Made by a program: the position numbers and the translations under genes. Positions 13,836 to 31,336 of a stretch of 64,000 bases of DNA are shown here, piece by piece (within the stretch, counting starts at the first letter, position 1; each line of letters starts with the position of its first letter). Below the pieces are notes generated by a model. That model was not told the origin of the DNA. It was given only the letters and a program-made list of their open reading frames with translations, and searched no databases. Location of the stretch: NCBI GenBank assembly GCA_951406725.2, contig OX597818.1, positions 7,192,001 to 7,256,000 on the forward strand. The letters are read 5' to 3'. The DNA is from Octopus vulgaris (lineage: Eukaryota).

Positions 13836-15895
13836 AAAGAACAACTGACTCGAAGAAATTCAAAGTATTTGTGAAGTAATAATTTAAGAGTTTTTTTCCG
13901 GATGTTCAAAGCCTCCTACTGAGTGGTGTTTTCGTCCCATTTAGAAAACACCTAATACTCCGAGAATTCCGACTTCACCGAAACTATTAATCACTTAGAG
14001 GCTCTCATCAATTCATTATTCACAGTAGAATTCATACACTTGACACATACATTCTCACATAAATAAATACACACATATATGATTATATAATGTGTATACC
14101 CGTCAGTGTATACATGTTTGCGATTATTGAAAGGGTGTATGAACCAAAGTGCTGGAACAGGGGTTCCTCTGAATCAAGTATTATTTTTAACTTAGTGAAC
14201 TTTGGGGGAAAACTATGAAGCATAAGATAGTATAACAAAAGGGCCAATATGGTATATATTGATACAAAAATTAGAAATCGAAATTGCGGTATGATTTCTT
14301 TTGTCATTTAAAAGGAAATACTGCCCGGAAAAATCATTAAGTCTAATTTTGCACCAACAAAGATTGATGATTCTTTGTTTCTGTCGTTTAGCCTTACATC
14401 TGATTTATCGAATATCAAGTAGACACATGAAGAGAGGAAACCACACGTTAACACTGTTTTACATTGTGTGATAATACGTCCAGAATTCATTAATACGTTC
14501 ACTTCTTTAATGATTGGCGATGGAAGATTTTGATTGCTATTTCTAGTCTCCCTTTCAACTGCACACATATATTTTCTTTGATTTGTCCATTAATGTAATG
14601 GCCGAAAGATTCTTTTAAAATTTAGAATTGTTTATATGGCGATATATTGCTTACATTATTACTCCTCTTGGAATATACAGATTATATTATTAGGAAGAAT
14701 CATAAAATATCTTACTCTATCATCCGTACAGAATTTCTGTCTTCTGTGTTCTCAAGCATCATCTAATGCTTTTGCGTTTGTACACATAGCAAAGGATATT
14801 TAAACATCATCACATACATAATTCTGATCGAAATATATTAAAATTTCCGATGTGTATGTCACACTGATAAAGTTGTTTCTGTATATATATTTACTTGACT
14901 TTAAGGATATGAACTAGGTGTTTTCCCATCAGAAATGGCACCACGAAAACGAATTATTAATATTTTTGTCCATGAATTTTTGTGTATTTTCACGCATTTC
15001 GATTTCCACTCTTCCCCCACCCTTTTCTCTATCATCTAAATCTTTCTTTCCTTTAAAAACACCTGAACGTACGTATACCTATATGTACACAATATATATG
15101 AGTGTATAAATCTTATACATGCATACATAGATGCGCATACGCATAAACATATATACATACATATACATATACATGAATACACGAATATATACATACATAC
15201 ACAAATAACTACATACGTACAGACAGACATACATGAATACATATATTTTTATGTTTATATATGCATGTGTCTATGTATAAGCCTATGTGCATACACACGA
15301 CCCTACACGCATATTTTCTACAAACATACAATTTGTATTTATAACGGCTGTATGCGCGTTTGTGTATGTATATATTCCTCAAAAATTTAGAGCAAAATAC
15401 AAAAACATAGAACGAAAAGTATGAAGCAAAATACATCAAGAAGAGCAAAACTTGAATCCAGTGAAAGTTAAAACTACATAACAGATATAACGAAATATCG
15501 CCAAAAAGAATTAGAGTGAAAAATTCGGTCGTGTAAGTTGAGGATATTACAACGACAGTGAAACTCTGTTGGAAAGATTTTGCAAAAAAAAGATAACATG
15601 TTCAGTGAATATGAAATGATTCAATTTGGTAAGAAGAAAAAGAAAATAGAAAACTAAAACCAAAATATTTGTTTCTTTTCGCAATATTTTATCGTTGTTC
15701 TCAATACTTCCGTTTTTATTTCTCTTTCTTTTCAATATATTATTCCTTTTGGTTCTGCAAATGCCTCTCTTGTTTTCTTCCTGCTGCTGTTGTTGACTTC
15801 TAAATTTCTCGTTTCCCTTACATGATTCATAGGTCTTCGTTTTTTTCCCCACTTCTCTGATTCCATTGGTTTCTAATATGTCATCGAAAAAGGAA

Positions 15896-15896
<1 letters not shown>

Positions 15897-15926
<30 letters not shown>

Positions 15927-16007
15927 CTTCTTCTTCTTCTTCTTCTTCTTCTTCTTCTTCTTCTTCTTCTTCTTCTTCTTCTTCTTCTTCTTCTTCTTCT
16001 TCTTCTC

Positions 16008-16074
<67 letters not shown>

Positions 16075-16084
16075 GTTGTTGTTG

Positions 16085-16158
<74 letters not shown>
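15897..16158. repeat. Compound (TTC)n(TTA)n microsatellite
   Basis: Directly visible. Confidence 0.95.
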
Positions 16159-16159
<1 letters not shown>

Positions 16160-16829
16160 CAAACCTTCTTTATGTTACCCCCGAAGAGGAAAATAAGGAT
16201 GAAGAGAGAAGTGTTGCCTTCCAGTCATTGTGTTCGGAGGTGGATGACAGTGGCGTGTATAGTCTGTGTATACACCTTAAAACCGGTGATAAAGAACTGA
16301 AAAGAGATACTTGCCCCAGAAATCTGGGTACCTGTGATTTTATGATTTTATTTTTTCATGTGTGTATGCATATGTATATATGTATGTATGTGGGTGTGCA
16401 TCTGTATGCATGTATTCTGCACATTCATGTGCTTGCATGTCCGTGTTTGTGTATTTTTCTGTATATGTGTGTGCATGTGTTTATATATGTATGCACCTCT
16501 GTCTCCTTGAGTGTGCACGTCTGAGTGTGCGTGTGTGTGTGTTTTGCAAATATGTACTGTGTTTGTATGTATGGATGTGCATCTCGTATGTGTCCTTGTG
16601 TGAAGTAAAGTGTGTGTGTATATATGGTCATGTGTTTCAGTCTCCATTTGCGTATGTGTGCTTGTCTGTTCATATAACCTATGTACCAATCCGTCTGTAT
16701 GTTGATCTGCATATTTTCATATCCATATGCTTACATATATGTGCATATACACATATATACATACACCCAAACACACACACACACATACTTCTATCTACAT
16801 AACAGCCCACTAACTATTCTACTCTACTT

Positions 16830-19800
16830 GTGTGAACTGTGGGTATGGGGGTATGATATCTACTATGTATATTTCCTATTTAGTATTCGGGAAGTTTCAT
16901 TTATAAGGACGTAATCCCGTATTTGTCTGAGTGTTGGGTTTTTTGGGTGCTCGGATAAGATGCAGATGTCAAGTTGACCCAAGTTTCCTACATGTTGGTC
17001 TTTGGCATGTTGGTAGAGTATGGAGGACGGTTTTTTTGTTGTCATATTGTCTTAGATGTTCATTTAGTCGTTCCGCAATGCTCCTAGATGTCTCCCCTAG
17101 GTATATATCATGGTCATGTCTTTACAAGCACCTGCTATGCATCTTATGCTGTAAACTACATTTCGAGTTCTACAGTTAATGACAGGGCTAATCCTACATA
17201 CCATGCAGTTATCATTGGTGCATATGGTATTCTCAAATGGGTACATCCTACATAGTTTTGATCAGAGGGATTTCCCTAGCTTTTCAACAATCTTAATGTT
17301 GAGTTTGTTCTCCTTCAGAGATTTTCTAAATCAACAGGTTATTTCTCCATGGGCTGTAGCCTCTACAAACATAACTCCTTGATGTTTGTTTGTTTTATTC
17401 TACGTGTTCGCCCTGTTTGGTTTGTCAGAGTTCTTTGTATCCTATTCCATTCTTTGTTTCTATATCTAGGACAGGTACCACTGGTATCATTACGTATAAT
17501 ATTATCTTATTTCTTTCTAGCCACCCCACCTGTATACTCGAACCCTATCTTTCTGATCATATCAAGAGAACTGCATGCGGTGCATGAAGTTCTGTATATG
17601 GTTTTTCGTTTCATAGAGTTCTCATAGTGGGGACACATTGTTCATTATTCTAAGTCTGCTTTCAGTATCTTAATTTTCATGTCGTGTGACAAAGCTGATT
17701 TCTTGTGAACAACATATTTTGAACTTATGGGTTTCATATAATAGGAGTGGAGTCTCTAACCAAAGTTCAGTATCAAGTACAGGGAGTCTATTGTTGGGTG
17801 CTTAGTGGGGTAATCTATAGTTACCTTGATACTTTGGTGGATGGAGTTAGCTATTTGCTGGATGCTTCCCATTACGTTCTTCTCAGTTTCTACTTTACCG
17901 TCACTAGAGTTGGTCCTAATTATGTCATCTACATATCTACTGTAGAGTAGAGGAATTGGGGACTGTTATGCTAAAATTGCTTTAAGTTTTCTGTCCCACC
18001 AGGTTATGAAGTGGCCGGCCACATCTCCTGCTACACCGACACCGATGGCTGCACCTTGAACCTGCATATATATAGTTTTTTTTTAAACTTTACTATGTGG
18101 CTCTTCAATGCGGTTTTTACACTGGCCACTATGGCATATGCAATCATTTCTTTCACCTGATTGTTGTTCTCAGGGTTTTGGGTGGCTGCAGTCCAGTCAC
18201 TCCAGCGCAGTGTAGTGCTTTTCTTCATTGCTGAAGTGATGGTGGGTGGTCTTCCCCTCTGGGACCTGGTGGGGTAGAATCTACTAAGGGCATGGTCATC
18301 TAAATAGTTACTGTCATAGCTCAGTCTGAGGAGGAGGCCCAGTTCCCTGGTGTTGACCTTACGGAACTCCACCTAACTCTCACAGATTACCTGAATGCAT
18401 TTCTCCACAGCAAAATCTATGTCTATAGAAGGGTTGAGTGAAATCATATCCATTCGACCCACTGTACAACCTGTGAGGTCGTTGTAGTGGTTGCAAGTAC
18501 TAATTTTATTGAGGAGATCTTCCCTACTCACACAGACAAAGGGAGACATCTCTATGAGAGGTCGTAATACCTGTGAGAGGAAGTAGGACAGTCTATAGTT
18601 GCTGGAGATATTCGCTCCGCAAACTGGTCTAGTCGGGGGCCCCACGACAGGGTTTATGTAGGGTTTGTGGTCTTTGCGTAACCGGTATAGTGTAGGAACA
18701 TCATTGTTGGGTGCTTGGAAATTGTGAGCCGTCTTTTTTATAGGTTGGAATATATTGCACCACCTTCCCATGTGAGCATTGAGAAGTTTTTCCACTCGTT
18801 CATGTTCCTGTGGTGTAACTTCTCTCATGCTACTGATGTGGTGTTGCATGGTCTGGACATAGTTCTGTCTGTTGGCTGTCTATTGACAGTCTGCCAGACT
18901 AATTCTCTATTCCTAAATCGCTGTTTCAGTTTTTGTAGGCTTTTGTCAACAGATGAGCTGAGTTGGTGGGTCTCCTCCTCACTATGCTTTTTAGTGGACT
19001 TGTTGTATCGGTCTAAGATATATCGGAGTCTATTTCTAGCTAAGGTGATCTTTTCTTCTGTTTCACTATCAATTTGGGGTGGGATACATACCCTTTTGTT
19101 AAAGGGCTAGTCTGTGGGGTAGATCCTCGTCATGTCGTAAGATTTGTCGTTAGGGTTATAGAAGACAGAGTGTAGAGTGTTATTATCGTTGTTGTTGCTG
19201 TTATAGTTGCTGGTATTGTTGTTGTTGTTCTTGCTGCCGGTGGTGGTGGTAGTGTTTGTGTTGCGCCTATTGTTATTATTGGGGTGGTATTGATGTGGGT
19301 AGTGTTGGTGGAGGTGTAGAGGATGTGGTTGGTATCGTTATCTGTGTGTGGGATGTTGCTGCTGTTGTTATTGCCACTATTGTTGTTATCAACACCGCTA
19401 TTGTTATTGTTGTTGTTTTGGTTTTGTATGTTTGTTTTGCTGTTGTTTTTGTATTGTCCTAACATCCATCTTAATTTTAAGAACGTTTTTTCAATTTCAG
19501 ACAACAAATTTTTCTGACCTTTTTATATTTAGCGAATTTTGGTGGTAACTCTAAAGCATGTATTTTATCTGTATCGAGCTATACTACACCATATATTCCA
19601 GGGGTGCGTTTGTTGTTGATGTTGATGGTAGTATTGTTTTCCGGTGTCCTGGCGTCGAAATACTCTGGTAGCTTACATTCTGACATAACAATCCCGTCAA
19701 TATTTTTTGAGTATTTGTATTACAACTTACCATGCTGGGATCGTTGTTGTTGCTGTTTCATCCACTTGAGTTTATTGTTGAAGTGTTTTTTACAGGCATG

Positions 19801-20484
19801 GTTAACTTGGCAGTATTCTTGTTCGATGTTTGTCATGAATGTGCCTCTTTCATGTGGAGTAATGTTGGTTTTTTAGTTCACGCAGCAGGACTCTCATTTT
19901 TTGTACTGGTTGATTTCTGTGTATATTTTCTTTTTGATGTTTTGTAACATCGTATGTTTTAGTTTTCTTTCTTTATATTCTGTGAGTCCTAACCGCTTGG
20001 CAGCTGAATTGACAGATTTTGTGTATAGCTTGGAGGAGATGCATGTTTTAATGAAGTGGAGTTGTCGGGTAGCTATCTTGATTTTTAGACAGCTGAATAC
20101 GGTGTTTCTCAGCGTCTTGCTAGATTGGCCAAAGCTTATTATATTTCGTTTTTGTATTTGGTCTGCTTCGTGTGTTGAAGCATATACTATTGTGTCTGGG
20201 GAGAGTCGTTCTCTTCTTGTGCTTTATAATTTAACACACTAACCGGTAGAATAACCATTTATTTCTTATTTTTATTTTCCTAAAATTTTCTTTGCGTCTT
20301 GCAAACTTTTCAATAGTCTTGACTCTGTCCATTATTTACACTGCGTTCCTTTTTGTTTGTTTGTGCACATGTGTGTGGGTCAGTGTGTGGCATAAAAAGA
20401 AAATGACTCTCCCCAGACACAACAGTATATGCTTCAACACATGAACTCACATACAGTATGTGCAAACCAAATCCAAAAGCGAAA

Positions 20485-20486
<2 letters not shown>
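16830..20486 (-). mobile_element. Decayed near full-length Penelope-like element (tentatively Nematis-like)
   Basis: RT motifs LYRLRKDHK..PTRPVCGA..LSYFLSQVL, MDMISLNPSI, YYMKPISSKYVVHKKSAL; GIY-YIG CRTRNVVYSIRC..IYLGETSRSIAERLNEH at ~17050-17250; inverted repeat 20143-20210 / 20402-20486 at the 5' end. Confidence 0.85.
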
Positions 20487-20517
<31 letters not shown>

Positions 20518-20585
20518 CATAATCATTATCATCATCATCATCATCATCGTCATCGTCGTCGTCATCGTCATCACCATCGTCATCG

Positions 20586-20629
<44 letters not shown>

Positions 20630-20633
20630 GTCG

Positions 20634-20673
<40 letters not shown>

Positions 20674-20679
20674 TTTTGA

Positions 20680-20885
20680 ATGCCGAGCTGGCGGAACCGT
20701 TAGCACGCCGGGCAAAGTGCGTAGCAGTATTTCGGCCATAATTCAGTTCTGAGTCCAAATTCTGCCGAGTTCAACTCTGCCTTTCGGGGTCGGTAAATTA
20801 AGTACCCGTGAAACACTGAGCGCAACATAATCGACTAATACCCTCCCATCAAAAGATTTCAGGCCCTGTGCCTTTAGTAGAAAGC
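20680..20885 (+). mobile_element. tRNA-related SINE, second family (Nin/Deu-like core, tentative)
   Basis: GAGCTGGCGGAACCGTTAGCACGCCGG..TTCTGAGTCCAAATTCTGCCGAG..CTTTCGGGGTCGGTAAATTAAGTACC; relatives at 20910-21110, 35035-35240, 37740-37825, 48105-48290, 62660-62820, 63887-63980. Confidence 0.75.
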
Positions 20886-20909
20886 ATTATTATTATCATT
20901 ATAAAACTG

Positions 20910-21110
20910 GCTAGCAGGCAGAGGCGTTTGCAAGCCGGTCAAAATGTACCGCGGCATTTCGTCCATAATCATGGTCTGGTTTCATATTCCGCCAAGGCTA
21001 ACTTTACCTTTTATCCTTTCGCGGTAGATGAAATAAGTACTCGTTGAGAACTGGAGACGATTTATTCGACTGGCCCTAAAATTTCGGGCCTTGTGCCTAA
21101 AGTAGAAATT
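20910..21110 (+). mobile_element. Second adjacent copy of the same SINE family
   Basis: GGCAGAGGCGTTTGCAAGCCGG..TTCCGCCAAGG..CCTTTCGCGGTAGATGAAATAAGTAC..GGCCTTGTGCCT. Confidence 0.7.
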
Positions 21111-21120
21111 ATTATTGTTG

Positions 21121-24356
<3,236 letters not shown>

Positions 24357-24562
24357 TCTTCTGAACTTACATTTGCTCCTCATAACTGACGTCTCAAAAT
24401 ATCAGAATATATAAAAATATTGCATCTCAATGTTGAGGTGAAACAGGAGTAGAAGCAGCAACATCACAATATATTTGCAAAATGAAGGTTCATACACATA
24501 CACACACACACACATACTCGTATTCATATACACATACATACTTCTATATGGCGTCTGTGTGC

Positions 24563-24601
<39 letters not shown>

Positions 24602-24913
24602 TATATATATGTGTATATATACGTATGTATGTATCTATCTATATTTATATCTATCTATCCATACGCAAGCGCGCCCGCACTCACACACACGCACACCCAC
24701 ACACACACACATACACACACATATACAAATCAATGCATAGCGAAACAAAAATAAAAGAAATTATAAGAGCAATAAAGCTGTCCCCCGAACTTGAACGAAA
24801 ATGTGTTTTTTTACTATCATAAACAATCTGTATTCCACAACAACAGCAACAACGACGACCTCGACGATGATGATGATGATAACAACAACAAAAACATCAT
24901 CATCATCAGCAGC

Positions 24914-24951
<38 letters not shown>

Positions 24952-25439
24952 CAACAACAACAACAACAATAATAATAATAATGATAATAATAACCTACAA
25001 TCCATAAGGATCCAAAGAAAAAGGATGAAAATTACTGAAAGGAAAACAAAACAATGTAAAGTGAATTAAGGAACTATAAAAAAAATAATGCAAACACGGA
25101 AAAACAAGGAGGCTAAGCGTTTCTTGGCTTTGATTTATTAGATTAGTAATTGCTCTCCCTCCGCTCTTTTATGCGTACAATAAATAGAACACAATCATAC
25201 ACCATTTGTTTCTTTTTCTCTTGCTGGTTATTTGCAAGATGTATCACAAAACGGCCATTTTGCTTTCGTTTTATACTTTGTCATTTTGATTTTCTTTTCC
25301 CTTCTTTATGTTAATAGTATCGTTGCAGAGGACTAATGTCACCTTCCGGGCAGATGTTTCCCCCCACTTCGTTAAAAGTTATTTTATTTTCCGGTGACTT
25401 TATTAGAAATGAAAAAAGCAAAAACAATAAGCATTCATT

Positions 25440-25480
<41 letters not shown>

Positions 25481-25595
25481 GCTACTACTACTACTACTAC
25501 TACTGCTACTGCTGCTGCTGCTGCTTCTTCTTCTTCTTCTGCTGCTACTACTACTACTACTAATACTACTGCTGCTACTACTTCTGCTTCTGCTG

Positions 25596-25691
<96 letters not shown>

Positions 25692-25860
25692 TGACGACGA
25701 TGATGATAGCAATGATGATTGCTACTGCAGTGGTTGCGGCTGCTTTCAATGCTGGTCCTCCTACTGCTACAAACGCAACAACTATTGCTTCTACTACTAC
25801 AACAACTACTACCACTATTTTTATTTCTGCTGCTCCTCCTCCTGCACTTCCTGCTCCTCT
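25440..25860. repeat. Compound (TAC/TGC/TTC)n trinucleotide tract
   Basis: Directly visible. Confidence 0.9.
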
Positions 25861-26688
25861 TCCCTCCCCCTTCAATGGAACTTGATCTCGAGATATACTT
25901 TTTTTTCAGCGAATTCAGAAACTGCAAATACTGCATTACTCATTATCCTGACCTGCAATTCGTTTACAATAGTGTATTATTGCTAATACCAAGAATGTTT
26001 CCCACACCATGGTCGCTCATATTCTGCATTAAAACTCTGCCTCACACGAGGCATTGCTTTCCACTGGGTACAGAGTCTTATATGGAGAATACAATAATTC
26101 TTCACCAGCATTCCAGAAACCAAACACTTATCTTTGGTCTCTGATGCAGAACAACTTTTGAGTGTCATACTTTGCGGGTGTGTCACCAATAATCTTGGAA
26201 TAATCTTTTGAAGTCTCCTGATGAAAGCGATCTTTTCTTCCGACGTTCCTACATATTTCTTTGTTCAAATCAATACATGCTGTGTATTCATTTTGTGTTA
26301 TTTCAGTCTTATGTTTATGTTTTCACATTGTTTACTTGTTGGGTTTTATTCTGAGTGACGATTCTTGATTTTCTACATCCTCTCTCTGCCACAGAGGCGA
26401 ACTTATTGAACAGCAAAAAACAAAGCTCGAAAATCACGTATATTACTAAAAAAATTTCTAAAGTCTATCCTTCTTTTCTAGAAGGTAAATTAAAATGAGA
26501 ACGTTAAAGATGGTGCCAAGCAATACCGGAAGAGAATATTTTCATCAGATCTGTATAAAATGTGACGCTTCATATGAAGCAAACTTTTGACTTTAAATTT
26601 ATAATTTAGTGTTAGTGTCAGGTTTAGGTTTTCAGGATTGGTGTTGATTTTGTTGAAAGAGGCTTAGGACGGTTTAATAATAATAACG

Positions 26689-26731
<43 letters not shown>

Positions 26732-26749
26732 TAATAATAATAATAATAA

Positions 26750-26816
<67 letters not shown>

Positions 26817-27795
26817 GTCATCTGTTTATGGATGACCTAAAATTGTTTGGGAAATCTGAAAAACAGATTCCTTGACTAAAACAGTCCAGAAATGTGGTAG
26901 GGAGATCGGTATGGGATTTGGGATTACCAAATGTTCAGTACTTAATATGAAAAGACGGAAGAAAGAAGCCTGAAGAGGACTGCGGTTACCCTCAGGAGAG
27001 ACCATGGGTGAATCCGTGTGTAGTAGGTATAGATATTCAGAGATTTGGGGGCTGAATGACATTCTACACAGAGAAATGAAAGTCAATGTCAGCGATGCGT
27101 ATCAAAAAAGGTGAAGATGGTGTTGAAATCCAACCTGAATGCCAAAAATTTGATTACTGCAATGAATATCTGGGCAGTTGCGGTTGTCAGATATAGGCGT
27201 GTCAATCCTTCAATGGACTAAGGAGGAAATATCAACACTGGATAGTTTTGACGCTGCATGGGGCGCTACACCCTAAAGCAAACGTAAACCGACTGTATGT
27301 GGAAAGAAAGAATGGTAGCAGAAGACTAATAACTATAGACCATTGTATAAAGAGTGAAAAGAAAACGCTTGCCGAGTATTTGATAAGTGGTGAAGAAGAC
27401 CTAGTGCAATATATCGCGAAAGATATGGGTGTAAATGCAGATGAAATGATTGGCAAGGAAGAGTTTAACGAAAGAGCTGAGGAGAAGAGAAAAGAAGACA
27501 TTCTTGAAATAAGAATGCATGGATTGTTTGAAAGGAATACACAAGACGTTAAGGATAATATAGCATCGTGGGCATCTCTTGAGCAAGGTGATTTGAAGCA
27601 GATCACCGAAATCCTGATCAATGCTGCACAAGATCAGGCTCTCGCTACCAATTCAATGAAGTATAACATCTATAAAACTTCTGACACTCAGAATTGCAGA
27701 CTCTGTGGAAAGAGTGTGGATAATGTGGCCCACTTGGTAAGCGGATGTGAGAGCCTTACATAAAAAGAATACAATGGCCGTCACGATAAAGTTAT
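26817..27795 (+). mobile_element. Second, divergent R4/Dong-type LINE fragment
   Basis: HLFMDDLKLFG, NAKNLITAMNIWAV, HGALHPKANVNRLYV, AAQDQALATN, CRLCGKSVDNVAHLVSGC, RHDKV; starts immediately after (TAA)n 26675-26815. Confidence 0.9.
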
Positions 27796-27799
27796 CTCA

Positions 27800-28847
27800 T
27801 GTGTCCCTCTTGTTTTCGACACTATGCCCCGCCTGACAGAATTGGGAATACTCCCGTTCTGCTGCCAGGAGATCGAAGAACAAGTCTGGCATGTTTAGGT
27901 TCATAGGGCAAACCATCTAAAGCGGGTGACTTGCACCTCATGCAGCCGATAAGAGCATCCTGAATTTCGGCTGAGGTTATCTGCCTTTCACAGTGCTCAG
28001 CAAGCCGTCGAGGTAGGGATGAAGTCTTCCACCATCTCTGCCTCCATTCGAGTCCCCTAGCAAGGCTTTCACACGCCTAAAGAAATCGACCGTTTGGCTC
28101 AGGTATGAGCGTAGACGGCCACCTGTCTAAAAACACTAACTTCACTATTGCTCACATCCAAGATCACCAACTTTCCGTCCGGGTCCTGGAAGATCGAGTT
28201 TACCTCGTGATCCAGTTCTTTCCTAAACACCACTGCCACATCACTTCCCATTCCCGGCTAACTAACAGATGCAAAGATCTGATAGCCGTCGACCATGTGT
28301 GCCAATGCGCATGTATTGGAAATCCTGGTCTTACTGTCAACAATTATATTCAATTCTAGAGATGTGAGGTCATTGATGAGCAGGCGCCTCTGCTTCCAGG
28401 GTGACACCAGGCCACGAATATTTAAAAATCTTACTCTTAGTATGGCCGTGTTGGAAAGCTGAAGGGAGAAGGGAGAGATTTACTTACCTCCCAGTGTCTT
28501 TTGAAGGTCGGGGAGTTCGTCTTGTCTTCCATAATTGGTGGGGTCTTTATTGGGAACCCTTTTAAGAGCTTCGATGTGCGTCTCCCGTTCGCGTTTCTCA
28601 TGTCCTCCGGAAAGCTCTCTCGAATTTTTGTGTGGGAATCCAGCGACATTCGCGCCAGAAATAATTTTCTGGTAGACGAAACGGGTTCGATTCGAATATC
28701 ACCCACCACTGTTTCAAATTCCGTGTTTTGTGCTACGAGGGCCATCAGTTCCTCGTTGTCTCTTCTGGTGTGTACGAAGTTGGGTGTTTTCTGTTGTTTA
28801 ATTCGTTCGCTTGACTAGTGGTAAATGTCTTGTTGCTGTTGCTTCTG

Positions 28848-28892
<45 letters not shown>

Positions 28893-30465
28893 TGTTTGTG
28901 TGTTCTGTGAATGTGGTGTGTGCAGTTGTAGATGATTGTGTGAGTGTTTGTCCTTGTTTAGGCTGTTTTCTTTTGGAGAATTCTGGTTATAGTCATGGTG
29001 TTCATTGTGATGCTGTTAGTGTTTTGGGGGAGATGTTTGCATAGGTGGTGTCTGTATTTTTTATTGTGAGTGTTGTTATGCTTTGTGGAGTTTTTGTTTT
29101 GTGCTTTCTTTCTCTTTTTTTTGGACCTTTTGGTTTTCTTTCATCTTCACTGTGTGTATGTTTATAATTTTGTTTATGCGAGTATTTTTGTTTGGTGTGA
29201 GGGGAGGACTGAGCTTTCCTTGTTTTGAACCTTTATTTTTGATGTTGTCGCTGTTGATTTTGCCGGTGGTGGTGTTGCTTGTGGTCCTCGTCCCAGCGTG
29301 GACAGCAGTGGGAGGGCCTTTGATCCCTTGCACATTGTACCAGTTGGGGGCCAATGAGCTCGCAAGTGAGTCGTTTCTCCACACGCGAAACAATGAGGCC
29401 TTTTGCTCTCAGTTATTATGTGTATCATTGTCCCCTTCTGGATACAGATGTGGTCCGGGTATTTTTGGTTCCGGGTCTGATTTAGAGTAGTATCTCCCAA
29501 TCAACACCGGACCAGTCCTCCCTGGAAGTTCTTGTCGCCTCTATCGAGACAGTATCCGTTTCACCACATTTACGCATCCCAGAAGACACCACATGTGGGT
29601 TCGTAGGTATGTGAACGTGCTGTACTTTTACCTATGTGGGAGGGTACATAATGACTTTGCTAGTTTTGCAGGAATTCATTGAATTTTTCATAGCAAGACC
29701 TTCTGAGTTAAATGGTGCCGTATTGTTTGCCCCTCGCTAAATATTCGAGGTCATTTTTGATGCACTTCAGCGCCGCCCCAATGTCTACTAAGGATAATGA
29801 AGCCGCTCTGTTCGTATCTTCTTAGGTGCATCTGAAAAGCACCGTTCTTCTCTCTACTGATTCAGTTGCCTTTAATGGAATTGTCAAATTGGCCCAAATC
29901 TTCTCTTGTTTTATTAGTTTCCACGCCTGTGTTAGCGTCTGCTCCCTATTTCTGAGGTCTATGGAAATACGTAATTTGCTCTTCGCAGCAGCTGCTGCTG
30001 CGAACGTGCTTTTGTTATTGGTACTTTTCTCGTTGTTGTTTTTGTTGCCGTTATTGTTGTTGCTGCTGTTGCCGTTGTTGTTGCTCTTCTTATCAATGTC
30101 ATCGGTATTAGTTTTGCTGTTGCTAGTGTTGGCACTTTTGTGCTCCTTGTTGTTGTTATCGCTACTGCCGCTGCAGTTGCTGTCTTTTTCGTAGTTGTTG
30201 CTATCCCTACTACTAATGCTGCGACTGCTGATACTGTTGCGGCTGCTGTTGTTGTCGTTCCTACAGCTGTTTCTGTTTCTGTTACTATTAGGCTGACTTT
30301 GTACCATGACAGTTTTGTTTTTCTCCCCTCCCCTTCCCCTGTATTGTTGCCAGTGAAGAAGGGAAGGAGGGATCTGCCATTACCAAATTGGCAGGAGGAG
30401 TTGTTTTGTTTTTCGTGAACTCTTTCAGAACGTGCTCCCCTCTTTTTGAGTTGCATTTGATTCAA
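27800..30465 (-). mobile_element. L1/Tx1-like LINE relic (ORF1 with zinc knuckle and start of APE endonuclease)
   Basis: Low-complexity ORF1 start, ATESVERRTVLFRC, RPHCFACGETTHLRAH (degenerate CCHC knuckle); APE-like FLNIRGLVSPWKQRRL and DPDGKLVILDV..VAVYA at ~28100-28440. Confidence 0.7.
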
Positions 30466-30649
30466 CTAAATTAACACCCACCGAAATTAGCCCCTCTTGA
30501 GGCTAAACATCGATAGAAAACCAGTATGGTGTCTTTATTCAAAACTTGGAATAATTATTGCAAAAAGACACCAATCCTGGTGTAAATAGATATTTTGAAC
30601 TGAACTTACTTGGAGCGTTCGGAAACACGTCCGATGAATTCTGCAGCAA

Positions 30650-30742
<93 letters not shown>

Positions 30743-30777
30743 TGATGATGATGATAATGATGATGATGATGATGATG

Positions 30778-30834
<57 letters not shown>

Positions 30835-31080
30835 TGTTTTTTCCTTATTTCTTCAAATTTTCTTCCGTTTCTCGCCGAATGTTTTCCATACACCTAGGGC
30901 AGAGAAGCTCATTGTATGCATTCCCAGATTACACACGCAAATTCACAGATAAAATATGTATTTAAAAATTAATAAATAAATAAATTCATGGATGGATGTT
31001 GTTTTCACAGCGATAATGCTCTTCTCAGTACATGAGCCGTTCCAGTTAATACGATTTTTTTTTGCTTTGCTTTGCTTTAC

Positions 31081-31178
<98 letters not shown>

Positions 31179-31239
31179 GTTGTTGTTGTTGTTGTTGTTG
31201 TTGTTATTATTATTATTATTATTATTATTGTTGTTGTTG

Positions 31240-31336
<97 letters not shown>

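Noticed and set aside
14083-14975. Possible host exons (hydrophobic ORFs; protocadherin considered)
   Set aside because: Frames are interrupted by stops and show no cadherin or other recognisable motifs
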